Shown in pieces: positions 1 through 10,234 of a DNA stretch of 64,000 bases. The stretch lies in the NCBI GenBank assembly GCA_965116495.1, contig OZ220696.1:3488001-3552000 (forward strand). Reading direction: 5' to 3'. Every line of letters starts with the position of its first letter. Within the stretch, counting starts at the first letter, position 1. The translations under genes and the position numbers were made by a program. Origin of the DNA: Gammaproteobacteria bacterium. Its GTDB lineage: Bacteria; Pseudomonadota; Gammaproteobacteria; Eutrophobiales; Eutrophobiaceae. The notes beneath the pieces were generated by a model, which worked only from the letters and a program-made list of their open reading frames with translations, searched no databases and was not told the origin of the DNA.

Positions 1-16
1 TGCCCGGGGATGAATC

Positions 17-595
17 ATGAACCGCGTCACAACGCTGAAACGCAACACACAGGAGAACGCACATATAAGTTGCCGGGTCAATACCGAACCGGTGCAGGTT
101 TCGGTGGCGCCTTGCAAGACCCTGCTGGAGATGCTGCGCGAAGACCTGCAACTGACCGGCACCAAGCACGGTTGCGAACTGGGCGAATGCGGCGCCTGTG
201 CGGTGCTGGTCGACGGCGAACCCATACTCTCCTGCCTGTACCTGGCGCTGGACGCGGAAGGTTGTTCCATCGATACCATAGAAGGCATGGCCGTGGACTC
301 ACAACTGCACCCGCTGCAGGCCGCGTTTGCCGACCTGGGCGGCGCCCAGTGCGGTTATTGCACCCCAGCCATCCTGCTGACTGCCAGGGCCCTGCTTGAC
401 GAACAACCCAATCCCGGCCGGCAGCAGATCCGGGAGGCGCTGTCCGGCAACCTGTGCCGCTGCACCGGCTACCAGCAGATCTTCGAAGCCGTGGAAGAAG
501 CCATCCTGCGTCTCAGTACACCATCATCCCGGCAAAAGCCACGTCATTCCGGCGCAGGCCGGAATCCAGTGGATGCCGGGTCCAGCCCGGCATGA
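17..595 (+). CDS. hcrC: (2Fe-2S)-binding small subunit of a xanthine-oxidase-family enzyme, 4-hydroxybenzoyl-CoA reductase gamma-like
   Basis: Motifs GTKHGCELGECGACAVLVDG, QCGYCTP and GNLCRCTGY. Directly precedes the large Mo subunit and the FAD subunit. The C-terminal ~25 aa are read through a palindromic repeat. Confidence 0.85.
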   Translation: MNRVTTLKRNTQENAHISCRVNTEPVQVSVAPCKTLLEMLREDLQLTGTKHGCELGECGACAVLVDGEPILSCLYLALDAEGCSIDTIEGMAVDSQLHPLQAAFADLGGAQCGYCTPAILLTARALLDEQPNPGRQQIREALSGNLCRCTGYQQIFEAVEEAILRLSTPSSRQKPRHSGAGRNPVDAGSSPA

Positions 596-597
596 CG
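543..597. repeat. GTCATTCC-GCG-GGAATCCA type palindromic repeat (double hairpin) inside the 3' end of hcrC
   Basis: gtcattccggcgcaggccggaatccagtggatgccgggtccagcccggcatgac, with a partial tandem copy at ~523-540. Related copies at ~28523, ~31650 and ~40781. Confidence 0.75.
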
Positions 598-621
598 ATA
601 GCAGACCAGCCAAAACCCCTG

Positions 622-3105
622 ATGAGTAACAATCATTCATTCTCCATAATCGGCAAGCCGCGCCGGCGCGTGGACGGCGCCGACAAGGTGACCGGCCGCA
701 CCTGTTTTGCCGACGATATCATCCTGCCGCGCATGCTGCATTGCAAGCTGCTGCGCTCACACGTACCCCATGCCCGCATCAAATCAGTGGACGTCAGCAG
801 GGCGGAACGGCATCCCGGCGTGAAGCTGGTGTTGACCGGCAAGGATTTTCCCAACGAGTACGGCATCCTGCCGGTAAGCCAGGATGAACAGCCGTTATGC
901 CGGGACAAGGTGCGTTTTGTGGGCGACCCCGTCGCCGCGGTCGTTGCCCTGGATGAGTTTGCCGTTGAACAGGCGCTGGATCTGGTCGAGGTCGAGTATG
1001 AACCGTTGGGAACGGTCTCCGACCCCGTCGATGCCCTGAACAATCCCGCTGCGCGACTGCATGATTACAGCGAGGAGGGGAATATCCATAAACGTCTCAG
1101 CTACGAATTCGGCAACGTTGAGGAGAGCCTGGCAAACAGCGCCCATGTGTTCGAGGATATCTTCTTCTTTGAAGGCAATACCCACCTGCCGCTGGAGCAA
1201 CATGCCGCAGTCGGCATGGCAGAGGCCGATGGCCGGGTCACCCTATGGTCGAGCACGCAGTGTCCCCATTACGTGCATCGCGCGGTTGCCAAGGCCCTGG
1301 ATATCCCCATGGCGCGGGTGCGCGTCATTGCCAGTCCCAACGGCGGCGGTTTCGGCGGCAAGACCGACCCGTTCAATCATGAGATAGTCGTTGTCAAGGC
1401 CGCCATGATACTGGGCCGCCCGGTCAAGATCTGCCTGAACCGCGAAGAAGTTTTTTATTGTCACCGCGGCCGCCATCCGGTACTGATGAAATTCAGGACC
1501 GGCGTCGATGAGAACGGCGCCTTGACCGGTATGCACCTGCAAACCCTGCTGGACGGAGGCGCTTACGGTTCCTACGGCGTTGCCAGCACTTTCTATACGG
1601 CCGTGCTGCAACCTGTCACCTACCACCTGCCGCGCTATGCCTTTGACGCATGCCGCATGTTCACCAACAAACCTCCATGCGGCCCCAAACGCGGCCATGG
1701 GACGGTACAGCCGCGTTTCGGCCAGGAAGTACAACTGGACAAGATCGCAGAAAAGCTGGAAATAGATCCTGCCGAGTTACGCCTCAACATCGTCGAGAAA
1801 CCGGGCGCGCTGACGGCTAACTACCTGAAGATAGGCAGTATCGGCCTGGCGCAGTGCATCCGCACGGTAGTGGAGCGTTCCGGGTGGAAGAGTAAATACG
1901 GGAAACTGCCGCAAGGAAAGGGTGTGGGCCTGGCTTGTTCCAGTTACCTGACCGGCGCGGGCAACTCCATTTACTGGAATGCCATGCCCCATTCGGGCGT
2001 ACAGTTGAAACTGGACCGCAGCGGCAAGGTCACCGTGTTCTGCGGGGCTACGGAAATCGGCCAGGGGTCCGATGACGTGCTGGTCGCCACGATAGCAGAG
2101 ATACTGGGCATCGATCCCCTGGATATCCGTTGCGTCACCGGCGATACGGACCTGACCCCCGTTGACCTGGGCTCCTATTCGTCCCGCGTGACCCTGATGA
2201 TGGGAAATGCCGCCATCCAGGCGGCTGAGCGCGCCCGGGCGTTGATCGCGCAGGCCGTTGCGCAAAAATTCGCTACGGATATCGAGTCCATCGCCTTCAG
2301 CGGCGGTCAGGTCTACGCTGCCGGACACCCTGAACAGACCCTGTCGTTTCAAAAAGCGCTGGTTTGCGCGGAGGAGATGCACGGTTCCCTGGGCGCGACA
2401 GGCTCCTATACACCGTCGGCCCCTCCCGGAAAATACAAGGGCGGCGGTGTCGGTCCCTCGCCGGCCTACTCCTATACGGCCGCGGTGATCGAGGTGGAAG
2501 TCGATTCGGACACCGGCTGGCTCACCGTACCCAGGGTCTATATCGCCCATGATCTCGGCCGCGCCATCAACCCGGTGCTCGCCCGCGGCCAGGTGGAAGG
2601 CAGTGTTTACATGGGGCTGGGTGAAGCCTTGATGGAAGAATCTGCATTCCGCCGGCTGCCCCCGCGCCTGTCCGCTGCCCTGGTTCATCGCGAACCGTCC
2701 ATGCTGGAGTACAAGAGTCCCACGTCCCTGGATATGCCGGAAGTGATCACGGACCTGGTTGAACACCCGGATGACAATGGACCGTTCGGCGCCAAGGAAG
2801 CAGGGCAAGGCCCGCTGCTGCCGATCATGCCGGCCCTGGCCAATGCGGTGTATGACGCCGTGGGGGTGCGCATTGATGAAGTGCCGATCGGCGCGGAGAA
2901 AATATTGAAGGCCCTGGATGACAAGGCCAGGGGAGGCGCCGGCCGGGTGGGGCCGGACAGCTTCCCGGCCATCGACTGGCCGGAGCCGTTTCAGGTGCCG
3001 CCACCCTGGGAGGGCGGGGACGGCAACGCGGTGAATAAACCGCAACGCAAACGGGCCGCCAAGATGCACGAAATGGACCGGTTCAAAAAGGCGGCCTCAT
3101 CATGA
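622..3105 (+). CDS. hcrA: Molybdopterin-binding large subunit, 4-hydroxybenzoyl-CoA reductase alpha-like
   Basis: VDGADKVTGR, GGGFGGK, GPKRGHG, EIGQGSD, GSYSSRVT and GPFGAKEAGQG motifs. Start is 622 or 592; the ORF-track start at 454 overlaps hcrC. Confidence 0.85.
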   Translation: MSNNHSFSIIGKPRRRVDGADKVTGRTCFADDIILPRMLHCKLLRSHVPHARIKSVDVSRAERHPGVKLVLTGKDFPNEYGILPVSQDEQPLCRDKVRFVGDPVAAVVALDEFAVEQALDLVEVEYEPLGTVSDPVDALNNPAARLHDYSEEGNIHKRLSYEFGNVEESLANSAHVFEDIFFFEGNTHLPLEQHAAVGMAEADGRVTLWSSTQCPHYVHRAVAKALDIPMARVRVIASPNGGGFGGKTDPFNHEIVVVKAAMILGRPVKICLNREEVFYCHRGRHPVLMKFRTGVDENGALTGMHLQTLLDGGAYGSYGVASTFYTAVLQPVTYHLPRYAFDACRMFTNKPPCGPKRGHGTVQPRFGQEVQLDKIAEKLEIDPAELRLNIVEKPGALTANYLKIGSIGLAQCIRTVVERSGWKSKYGKLPQGKGVGLACSSYLTGAGNSIYWNAMPHSGVQLKLDRSGKVTVFCGATEIGQGSDDVLVATIAEILGIDPLDIRCVTGDTDLTPVDLGSYSSRVTLMMGNAAIQAAERARALIAQAVAQKFATDIESIAFSGGQVYAAGHPEQTLSFQKALVCAEEMHGSLGATGSYTPSAPPGKYKGGGVGPSPAYSYTAAVIEVEVDSDTGWLTVPRVYIAHDLGRAINPVLARGQVEGSVYMGLGEALMEESAFRRLPPRLSAALVHREPSMLEYKSPTSLDMPEVITDLVEHPDDNGPFGAKEAGQGPLLPIMPALANAVYDAVGVRIDEVPIGAEKILKALDDKARGGAGRVGPDSFPAIDWPEPFQVPPPWEGGDGNAVNKPQRKRAAKMHEMDRFKKAASS

Positions 3106-4121
3106 TGCGGTTGCCCCAGTTCCATTACTACCGGCCCCGGGATATCCGCGAAGCGACCCAGGTCCTGGCCGGTGAGGACAACGCCATGGTCATTGCCGGC
3201 GGCACGGATCTGTTGCCCAATATGAAGCGGCGCCAGCAGACGCCGCGTACCCTGGTAGCCCTGCGCCACCTGGAATCACTGAAGCGCGTCACAAACGGGA
3301 CCGGCCTTGACATCGGCGCCGGGGTGACGCTTACTTCCCTGGTGCAGGACCGGCGTATCAAATCCGCTTACCGGGGATTATGGCAGGCCGCCGCACAGGT
3401 GGCTACACCGCACCTGCGCAACATGGGCACGCTGGGCGGCAACATCTGCCTGGATACCCGTTGCAATTACTACGACCAGAACTATGAATGGCGCAAGGCT
3501 ATCGATTTCTGCATGAAAAAGGACGGCGAGATCTGCTGGGTTTCCACCGGCAGCAGGAAGTGCTTGGCCACCTCATCCACGGATACCGCCCCGGCGCTGA
3601 TCTCACTGGGCGCTGAAGTGGTACTGGAAGCGGCTGACGGGCAGCGGACAATCCCGCTGCAGGACATGTACCAGGACGACGGCATGTATTATCTGACGCG
3701 TAAACACGGCGAGATCCTCACCAGGATCATCGTGCCGGATGCCGGTGGGTCGCGTAGTGTCTACTGGAAATTGCGCCGGCGCGGGTCGTTTGATTTCCCC
3801 GTGTTGTCGGTTGCCGCGGCCATCAGGTTTGCCGGCCCCGGCGAGATCGCCGATGCCCGGATCGTATTGGGTGCGGTAGCGTCCCGTCCCGTCCCGTGTG
3901 CGGACGCCAATGAATTTCTCCGGGGTAAAAGCCTGACGGACGAGGTGATTGAAGAAACCGCGACACTCTGCGCCAGGGCGGCAAAACCGGTAAAGAACAC
4001 GGATTTCGCACCCCACTGGCGTAAACGCGCCGCCGCCCGGCTTGTCGGCTACGCCCTGCAGGAACTGCGCGGCGACAATATGCGCGCAACCAGGGAGAAG
4101 ATCGCGCGCCAGGCGCTCTGA
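3102..4121 (+). CDS. hcrB: FAD-binding subunit with [4Fe-4S] insertion, 4-hydroxybenzoyl-CoA reductase beta-like
   Basis: AGGTDLLPNMK and LRNMGTLGGN FAD motifs. The Cys-rich insert CLDTRCNYY..FC..IC..KC is characteristic of HcrB. ATGA overlap with hcrA. Confidence 0.85.
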   Translation: MMRLPQFHYYRPRDIREATQVLAGEDNAMVIAGGTDLLPNMKRRQQTPRTLVALRHLESLKRVTNGTGLDIGAGVTLTSLVQDRRIKSAYRGLWQAAAQVATPHLRNMGTLGGNICLDTRCNYYDQNYEWRKAIDFCMKKDGEICWVSTGSRKCLATSSTDTAPALISLGAEVVLEAADGQRTIPLQDMYQDDGMYYLTRKHGEILTRIIVPDAGGSRSVYWKLRRRGSFDFPVLSVAAAIRFAGPGEIADARIVLGAVASRPVPCADANEFLRGKSLTDEVIEETATLCARAAKPVKNTDFAPHWRKRAAARLVGYALQELRGDNMRATREKIARQAL

Positions 4122-4221
4122 GCGGGGACGCAGCAGTGATAATCATATGCAGGGGTATTATTCACTGTTACAATCGCCGCTCTTTACCTGTAACCTGCTG
4201 AAGGGAGTAATATTGCTCGTC

Positions 4222-4443
4222 GTGAATAAAACTCTACGTCATGTCATTTCCATAATTGTCGCCTCATCAGCCGCTATCGCCACCGCGCAGGCCCAGGATG
4301 ATAAATGGGAAGTCGCGGTGTACGGGACGAACCTGTTCGATACGGAGTACCTGACCTACATCAATAATATCGGATTCTTCAAGCTGGACATTTTCGGCGA
4401 AAGGCAGACCTTCGGCGCGTCGGTCCGCTATCGATTCCAGTGA
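4222..4443 (+). pseudogene. Internally deleted TonB-dependent receptor remnant: signal peptide fused in frame to the last beta-strands
   Basis: Signal peptide ..IIVASSAAIATAQA|QD is followed directly by KWEVAVYGTNLFDTEY...GERQTFGASVRYRF, a typical TBDR C-terminus. Only ~73 aa. Confidence 0.7.
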
Positions 4444-4466
4444 TACTTAACGGGAGGGGGGTAAGA

Positions 4467-4958
4467 ATGAATAGAAGCGTGAGGTTAATTGGTGTTTTTC
4501 TTGCAAGCCTGGTTGTCTATATTGCATCCCAGGCAACAGTATTGGCCGCGGATGACGGGCACCCGGCGGTAACGGGAAGTCTTCCGTTCTTTTACTACAA
4601 CGACCTGCCGGCTGCCGCGGACTGGTACAGGAACAAACTTGGCCTCAAGCCGCTGACCGAAGAAGACTGGGTGGTCATCTTCGAACTCAACGCCTCGTCT
4701 TATATCGGCCTGGTTAAAACCGGCAGCGGCTTATTGGAACCGACCGAGGACAAGGGCGCAATTTTCTCCATTGACACGCCGGAACTGGAAGCCTGGTGGG
4801 ACAGGTTGAAAGACATGGAAGACATCGATATCAAAAACGGTATCAGGACCGGCTCCGACGGGATGATCGAGTCGTTCAGCGTGTACGATCCGGAAGGCTA
4901 CATCGTCGAGTTCTTCCGCTGGAAAGAACACCGGCCTGAAGCGCGGCGTTACCCGTAA
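4467..4958 (+). CDS. Exported VOC (glyoxalase/bleomycin-resistance) family protein
   Basis: N-terminal signal peptide; YNDLPAAADWYRNKLGL and SFSVYDPEGYIVEFF VOC motifs. Confidence 0.8.
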   Translation: MNRSVRLIGVFLASLVVYIASQATVLAADDGHPAVTGSLPFFYYNDLPAAADWYRNKLGLKPLTEEDWVVIFELNASSYIGLVKTGSGLLEPTEDKGAIFSIDTPELEAWWDRLKDMEDIDIKNGIRTGSDGMIESFSVYDPEGYIVEFFRWKEHRPEARRYP

Positions 4959-5043
4959 ACCGGTACGTCCGATAACGCGGAACCGGATTACACCGTATCC
5001 TTAACCTGACATGGGCCACTCGCGCGCTGGAGTGTTCGACTTT

Positions 5044-6402
5044 ATGCCGGTAAGGGGTCTGTACGGTTTCATAGCTGTTTTTCTCATATTATTTTCCGGC
5101 ATATCAAATGCGGATGGGCAACACCTGATCATCGAAGACGTCGTCCTCATCGACGGGACCGGCCGCCAACCGCTGCATCAGGCCAGTGTACTGGTGCGGG
5201 AAGAGCGCATTGCCGAAATAAAGAGAGGGAAATTCAGCAGCTCCCTGCGTAACAAGGCACGGGTAATCGATGGCAGGCAGAAATACCTGATCCCCGGACT
5301 GGTGGATGTTCATGTCCATTTGACAGGAAGTATAAAAGTCACTGAAGCAGGCCTGCGCGAGGTAGAACTTGACAGGCAGAAGGGTATCAGGGCGCTGCAC
5401 GGCTATCTTTACAGCGGTGTTACTTCAATCTATGACTCGGGCAATATACCCGATTATATTTTTGCCTTGAGGGAACAGGAACGTACCGGCGCGATTACCA
5501 GTCCGCGTATCTTTGCTACGGGTGGTATCGTGACTTATCCGGGCAGTCACGGCAGCGGTCCCGGCGCTACGCTTGTAGATGACTGGCCCGAAGCGATTCC
5601 ACTACTGGACGAACATATCAGGCGCCAACCTGATATTCTGAAACTCACCCTGGAAGAGCGGGGCTGGGGGGCGCGGCCGTTGATCCCGAAGCTGCCCCTG
5701 CCTCTTATGGAACGGATTATCGAGTATTACAACAACCACGGTATCCGTACCACCGCGCATACCGCCAGCGAAATCCGGGCAAGACAGGCCATCTTTGCCG
5801 GGATAGACGCGTTGTCCCATCCGGTCATTGTCGGTCCCATTTCCGACAGCTTCGCAAAACTCATGGGCGCAAAGAAAATTCCCATGGCTACCACGTTGAC
5901 GATCGGTGAGAACTACAGCCGCCTGGCCGAACATCCTGAATACCTGGACCAGGCACTTTACCGGGCGGTGTTCACAAAAGAGGAAATCACGGATTTGAAA
6001 AATAGGACACGGCAGCAGTACCAGGACAGGACCTGGACCTGGTGGATGAAGCTGATGACCCCGGTTGCACAGGAAAACCTTCGTCAAATACACGCTGCCG
6101 GCGGCATACTGGCGCTGGGGACGGACCAGACCAACGGCCCGGCAGTACATCGCGAGATGGAACTCCTGGTTGCCGCCGGCATACCGGCGCTTGACGTCAT
6201 CCGGATAGCAACATTGAACGGCGCCGGATTTTTAGGAAAAGAACAACAACTGGGATCTGTTGAAGAAGGAAAACTCGCCGATATGGTGTTATTGAACGCC
6301 GATCCGTCACAGGATATCAATAACGCCAAAAATATCCACATGGTCATTAAAAACGGCAGCCTTATCGACAGGGAGAAACTGGAACTGCCTGTCAATCATT
6401 AA
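5044..6402 (+). CDS. Exported amidohydrolase family protein
   Basis: Signal peptide; IPGLVDVHVH, LALGTD and GSVEEGKLADMVLL motifs. Confidence 0.88.
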   Translation: MPVRGLYGFIAVFLILFSGISNADGQHLIIEDVVLIDGTGRQPLHQASVLVREERIAEIKRGKFSSSLRNKARVIDGRQKYLIPGLVDVHVHLTGSIKVTEAGLREVELDRQKGIRALHGYLYSGVTSIYDSGNIPDYIFALREQERTGAITSPRIFATGGIVTYPGSHGSGPGATLVDDWPEAIPLLDEHIRRQPDILKLTLEERGWGARPLIPKLPLPLMERIIEYYNNHGIRTTAHTASEIRARQAIFAGIDALSHPVIVGPISDSFAKLMGAKKIPMATTLTIGENYSRLAEHPEYLDQALYRAVFTKEEITDLKNRTRQQYQDRTWTWWMKLMTPVAQENLRQIHAAGGILALGTDQTNGPAVHREMELLVAAGIPALDVIRIATLNGAGFLGKEQQLGSVEEGKLADMVLLNADPSQDINNAKNIHMVIKNGSLIDREKLELPVNH

Positions 6403-6464
6403 TGCAGGCTAATTGAGAGCCGGCACCCCCTCCATGACCGGCACACAACATCTGCCGATACGGG

Positions 6465-6587
6465 TTGTGGATTGCAATTTTCACAATAATCTTAACGCTA
6501 ATCCATCGGGATATTGCCGGTTTACGTGAACGCATGGCCCGCCTGGAGGGACTGCTTGAGGGATTTACCGGCAGAACCTCGCAATAA
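6465..6587 (+). CDS. Small membrane-anchored coiled-coil peptide or 5'-truncated remnant (40 aa)
   Basis: Manual translation from TTG gives LWIAIFTIILTLIHRDIAGLRERMARLEGLLEGFTGRTSQ*. Below the ORF-track cutoff, with no clear RBS. Confidence 0.35.
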   Translation: MWIAIFTIILTLIHRDIAGLRERMARLEGLLEGFTGRTSQ

Positions 6588-6625
6588 AGCCCGTCAAGGT
6601 TAAGGAAACACTGCGCCCGGTGGCA

Positions 6626-7993
6626 TCAGGCGCCTTCAATATCAAAGTCATCCAGGTTGACCTCGCGCATGGTGACCCTGTTGTATTTATCCTCCCTCGG
6701 CAGCGGCACGGTGGCGTCGATACCCAGCCGCGTCCACGAGTCGTTCTCCACCATAGGGTTCAGGCGGTGGCCGATGGAATCGGGTATGGGCAGAAGGTCC
6801 CGGTCGAAGCGGCAACGGGTCTGTACCGCCCAGTCCACGTCCGCCAGGCTGTAGAGGTCCACGTCCGTGTCCACCACGGTGACCGTTTTCACGAACGCCA
6901 GGCAGGTAAACGCAGCCATGATGGCGTTGCGCTGGCTGCCTTCGTGCTTCTTATCAACCTGCACCACCAGGTGGTAGGGCACGCTGCCGTCGGAGAAATG
7001 CACGGCTGTCACCTCCGGCACCAGGCTGTGAATCTTATCGTAAGCCCCGGCGCCGGCGATGAGACCGTAGGCATTATAGACTTCCTTGCCGGAGAGGATG
7101 GAATGGAAGATCGGTTGCCGGCGCCGGGTGATGGCGGAGACTTCGAACACCCAGCGGTCATCGACGCCGGCGTAGTAACCCGTCACCTCGGCGTAAGGAC
7201 CTTCCGGTTCCCTGACACCCGGCAGTATTTTCCCTTCGATGACGAACTGGGCATCGGCCCAGGCTTCCACCCCCACGCTCTGCGCTTCGATTAACCTGAC
7301 CGGCGCGCCGTGCATCTGGCAGGCGATACCGACCTCATCCATTTCCATCGGCGCGGCGGAGGCCGGCGATGCGGCCGCCATACTCATGGCGTAGTCCGCC
7401 CCGTTGTTGACGGTGAGTTCCAGGGGCTGTCCCCTGGCCTCGGCCCGTTTGTAATAATCCATCAAATGGCCCAGTTCCTCCAGCAGCAGGGTAAAGCGGT
7501 TTTTCCCGGTCACCATCATGCGATGGATGGACAGGTTGCGGGTTCCCGTGTCCGGGTCTTTTGCAATCACGACGCTGGAAGTGAGGTAGCGGCCGCCGTC
7601 CCCTTCGGCGTGGTGTGGTATCGGCAGGGCGTAGAGGTCGGGGTCGGTCTCGACCACCTCGTTGGCCGGGCCTTGTTTCAGCACGACGGGTTCGATGGGG
7701 TTCCGGCGCCAGGCGCGGATATCGTCTGCCAGCATAAACGGGAGCCGGGCGCTGGTGGTCTGAAATAACTTCGCCATAAAGTCGCGGTTCCAGTACAGGC
7801 CGATCAGGACCGGGTAATCCCGGCCCTTGACGTTCTCGAACAGCAAGGCTTTGCCGCCCTGGAATTTACGCGCGATCCCGGCCAGTTCAAAGTCGGGATC
7901 GACTGCGCTCTTCACCCGGATCAGGTGGTTATGCCGCTGCAGGAATTCAACATAGGATTGCAGGTCGATAAGCTTGCGTTTCGCCAGGTCCAT
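6626..7993 (-). CDS. UbiD-family (prFMN-dependent) decarboxylase
   Basis: DGGRYLTS, NLSIHRMMV, EGPYAEVTGYY, VVDTDVD and LGIDAT motifs. Confidence 0.9.
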   Translation of the reverse strand: MDLAKRKLIDLQSYVEFLQRHNHLIRVKSAVDPDFELAGIARKFQGGKALLFENVKGRDYPVLIGLYWNRDFMAKLFQTTSARLPFMLADDIRAWRRNPIEPVVLKQGPANEVVETDPDLYALPIPHHAEGDGGRYLTSSVVIAKDPDTGTRNLSIHRMMVTGKNRFTLLLEELGHLMDYYKRAEARGQPLELTVNNGADYAMSMAAASPASAAPMEMDEVGIACQMHGAPVRLIEAQSVGVEAWADAQFVIEGKILPGVREPEGPYAEVTGYYAGVDDRWVFEVSAITRRRQPIFHSILSGKEVYNAYGLIAGAGAYDKIHSLVPEVTAVHFSDGSVPYHLVVQVDKKHEGSQRNAIMAAFTCLAFVKTVTVVDTDVDLYSLADVDWAVQTRCRFDRDLLPIPDSIGHRLNPMVENDSWTRLGIDATVPLPREDKYNRVTMREVNLDDFDIEGA

Positions 7994-8024
7994 AATCGAT
8001 CTCAGTAATGTTTCAATTCAATGT

Positions 8025-8103
8025 ATGTATGGGGTCAGGTCGCACAATGCACAGGGAACGTGTCTGCTAAGAATTGTGCATTGTGCGACCTGACCCCATA
8101 CAT
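8025..8103. repeat. 29-bp perfect inverted repeat (GGGGTCAG...CTGACCCC palindrome family)
   Basis: atgtatggggtcaggtcgcacaatgcaca (8025-8053) is the exact reverse complement of 8075-8103. Confidence 0.9.
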
Positions 8104-8114
8104 GCGGGCCGGCC

Positions 8115-8642
<528 letters not shown>

Positions 8643-8763
8643 TATAATTTTCTGATTGTTATTGAAACTGCCGGTCGCGTCCCTGACCGTGATGTGATTG
8701 CCGATCATATTAACATGCCCGACAGGTTATTCAGTCTTACTCTGTATAAATCATAATAACGTC

Positions 8764-10098
8764 ATGTCCGAGGCCGGCATCAGGCAACTTATCGACGAGA
8801 AACCCATCAGCGGCCTGCAGTTACGGGTCGTCTTCGGCTGTTTCGCCCTGAACATGCTGGACGGGTTCGACGTCCTGGCCATTGCCTTCACCGCACCCAC
8901 CATCTCCCAGGAATGGCAGTTGACGCCTTACCTGCTTGGTATCATTTTCAGCGCGGGCCTCATCGGCATGACCCTGGGGGCGGCGTTTATTGCCCCGTAT
9001 ACCGACGTCATCGGCCGGCGCGCAATGATATTGTTGTCCCTGGTTGCGATAGGCGCCAGCATGGCCCTGACCGGCATGACCACAAATGCTACACAGATAA
9101 TCATCATGCGCATCATCACAGGTCTGGGCATCGGCAGTATTCTTGCCAGTCTCACCAGCCTGGTTGCCGAATACACCCCGGCCAGGAAGCGCAGCCTGAT
9201 GGTGGGCTTCATGCAGGTGGGCTATCCCCTGGGCGCCACTGCCGGCGGGTTTGCCGCGGTCTGGTTGATCCAGCTGTTCGGTTGGCAGGCGGTATTTTAT
9301 TGCGGCAGCCTGTTGTCGTTTGCCGCGGTCGTCTTTACTTATTTTTTTCTGCCTGAATCCATGGAATTTCTTTCCTCCCGGCAACCCGCAGGCGCCCTGG
9401 ACAAGATCAACCGGATCCTGGCCCGCATGGGCTGGCAACAGTTACAAGCTATGCCGGCGGCGCCACCTTCCGTGGAAAAGCCTTCGGTCAGGAGTATATT
9501 GACACCGGACTATCGCACTTGGACCTTGTTGCTCTGGTGTGGTTTTTTCATGTCGTTCCTGACCCTGTATTTCCTGTTCAGCTGGATTCCCAAGATTACC
9601 GTGGATGCCGGGCTGCCGGTGGATAAGGGAATTTACATCGGCACCGCGCTGAATTTCGGTGCGTTCATCGGCGGTACCTCGCTGGGTTACCTGTCCGACC
9701 GGTTCGGGGTACGTCCCTTGATCATCTTGTTTTTTAGCGCCGGCGTCGTCTTCATGACGATATTCGGATTTTCGCCGGCTGAAGTGGAGTTATTACTGGT
9801 ACTGGCCTTCCTGATAGGCTTCTGCGTACTGGGCGGCTTTGTCGGGTTTTATATCTCAGCCGCGTGCCTGTACCATACGGAGATTCGCACGACCGGCGTA
9901 GGCTGGAGCATCGGCGCCGGACGCACCGGCGCGATCATAGGCCCTTACCTGGGGGGCGTGTTTATCGGCATGGGTTTCTCGACGAGCGTGAATTTCATCA
10001 TCTTCGCCATCCCGCTGGTCCTGGCTTGCGTTGTTATATACCTGTTACGGGCGCCCCAACTGGAGCCGGGGGGGGATCAATTACGAATTAGGAATTAG
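8764..10098 (+). CDS. MFS aromatic acid:H+ symporter (PcaK/BenK-like)
   Basis: LDGFDVLAIAFTAP, DVIGRR, EYTPARKR and IRTTGVGWSIGAGRTGAIIGP motifs; about 12 hydrophobic segments. Confidence 0.88.
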   Translation: MSEAGIRQLIDEKPISGLQLRVVFGCFALNMLDGFDVLAIAFTAPTISQEWQLTPYLLGIIFSAGLIGMTLGAAFIAPYTDVIGRRAMILLSLVAIGASMALTGMTTNATQIIIMRIITGLGIGSILASLTSLVAEYTPARKRSLMVGFMQVGYPLGATAGGFAAVWLIQLFGWQAVFYCGSLLSFAAVVFTYFFLPESMEFLSSRQPAGALDKINRILARMGWQQLQAMPAAPPSVEKPSVRSILTPDYRTWTLLLWCGFFMSFLTLYFLFSWIPKITVDAGLPVDKGIYIGTALNFGAFIGGTSLGYLSDRFGVRPLIILFFSAGVVFMTIFGFSPAEVELLLVLAFLIGFCVLGGFVGFYISAACLYHTEIRTTGVGWSIGAGRTGAIIGPYLGGVFIGMGFSTSVNFIIFAIPLVLACVVIYLLRAPQLEPGGDQLRIRN

Positions 10099-10226
10099 GA
10101 ATTAGAAACTGGAGGTGTTGCGTCCCCATCCAGCTTGATCTGGTTTGCGGAGACCTGTACATCATAAAAAAACTGCAGCCGTTGGCGTCACATTCATTCC
10201 TAATTCCTAATTCCTAATTCGTAATT
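10079..10226. repeat. Inverted pair of heptamer (AATTAGG)n arrays between convergent genes
   Basis: aattacgaattaggaattaggaattag (10079-10105) pairs perfectly with ctaattcctaattcctaattcgtaatt (10200-10226). Confidence 0.85.
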
Positions 10227-10234
10227 CTCAATTC

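Noticed and set aside
454-621. N-terminal extension of hcrA in the ORF track, and similar extensions for the FAH gene, ilvD, aceK, nirC, batA and gamma-CA
   Set aside because: They overlap neighbouring genes or repeats, and family-like sequence begins at downstream start codons.
1777-3069. 430-aa minus-strand ORF, and similar long antisense ORFs (15859-16971, 42841-43770, 46726-47841, 49413-50303, 50969-52261)
   Set aside because: These are shadows of well-supported genes on the opposite strand in GC-rich DNA and carry no recognisable motifs.
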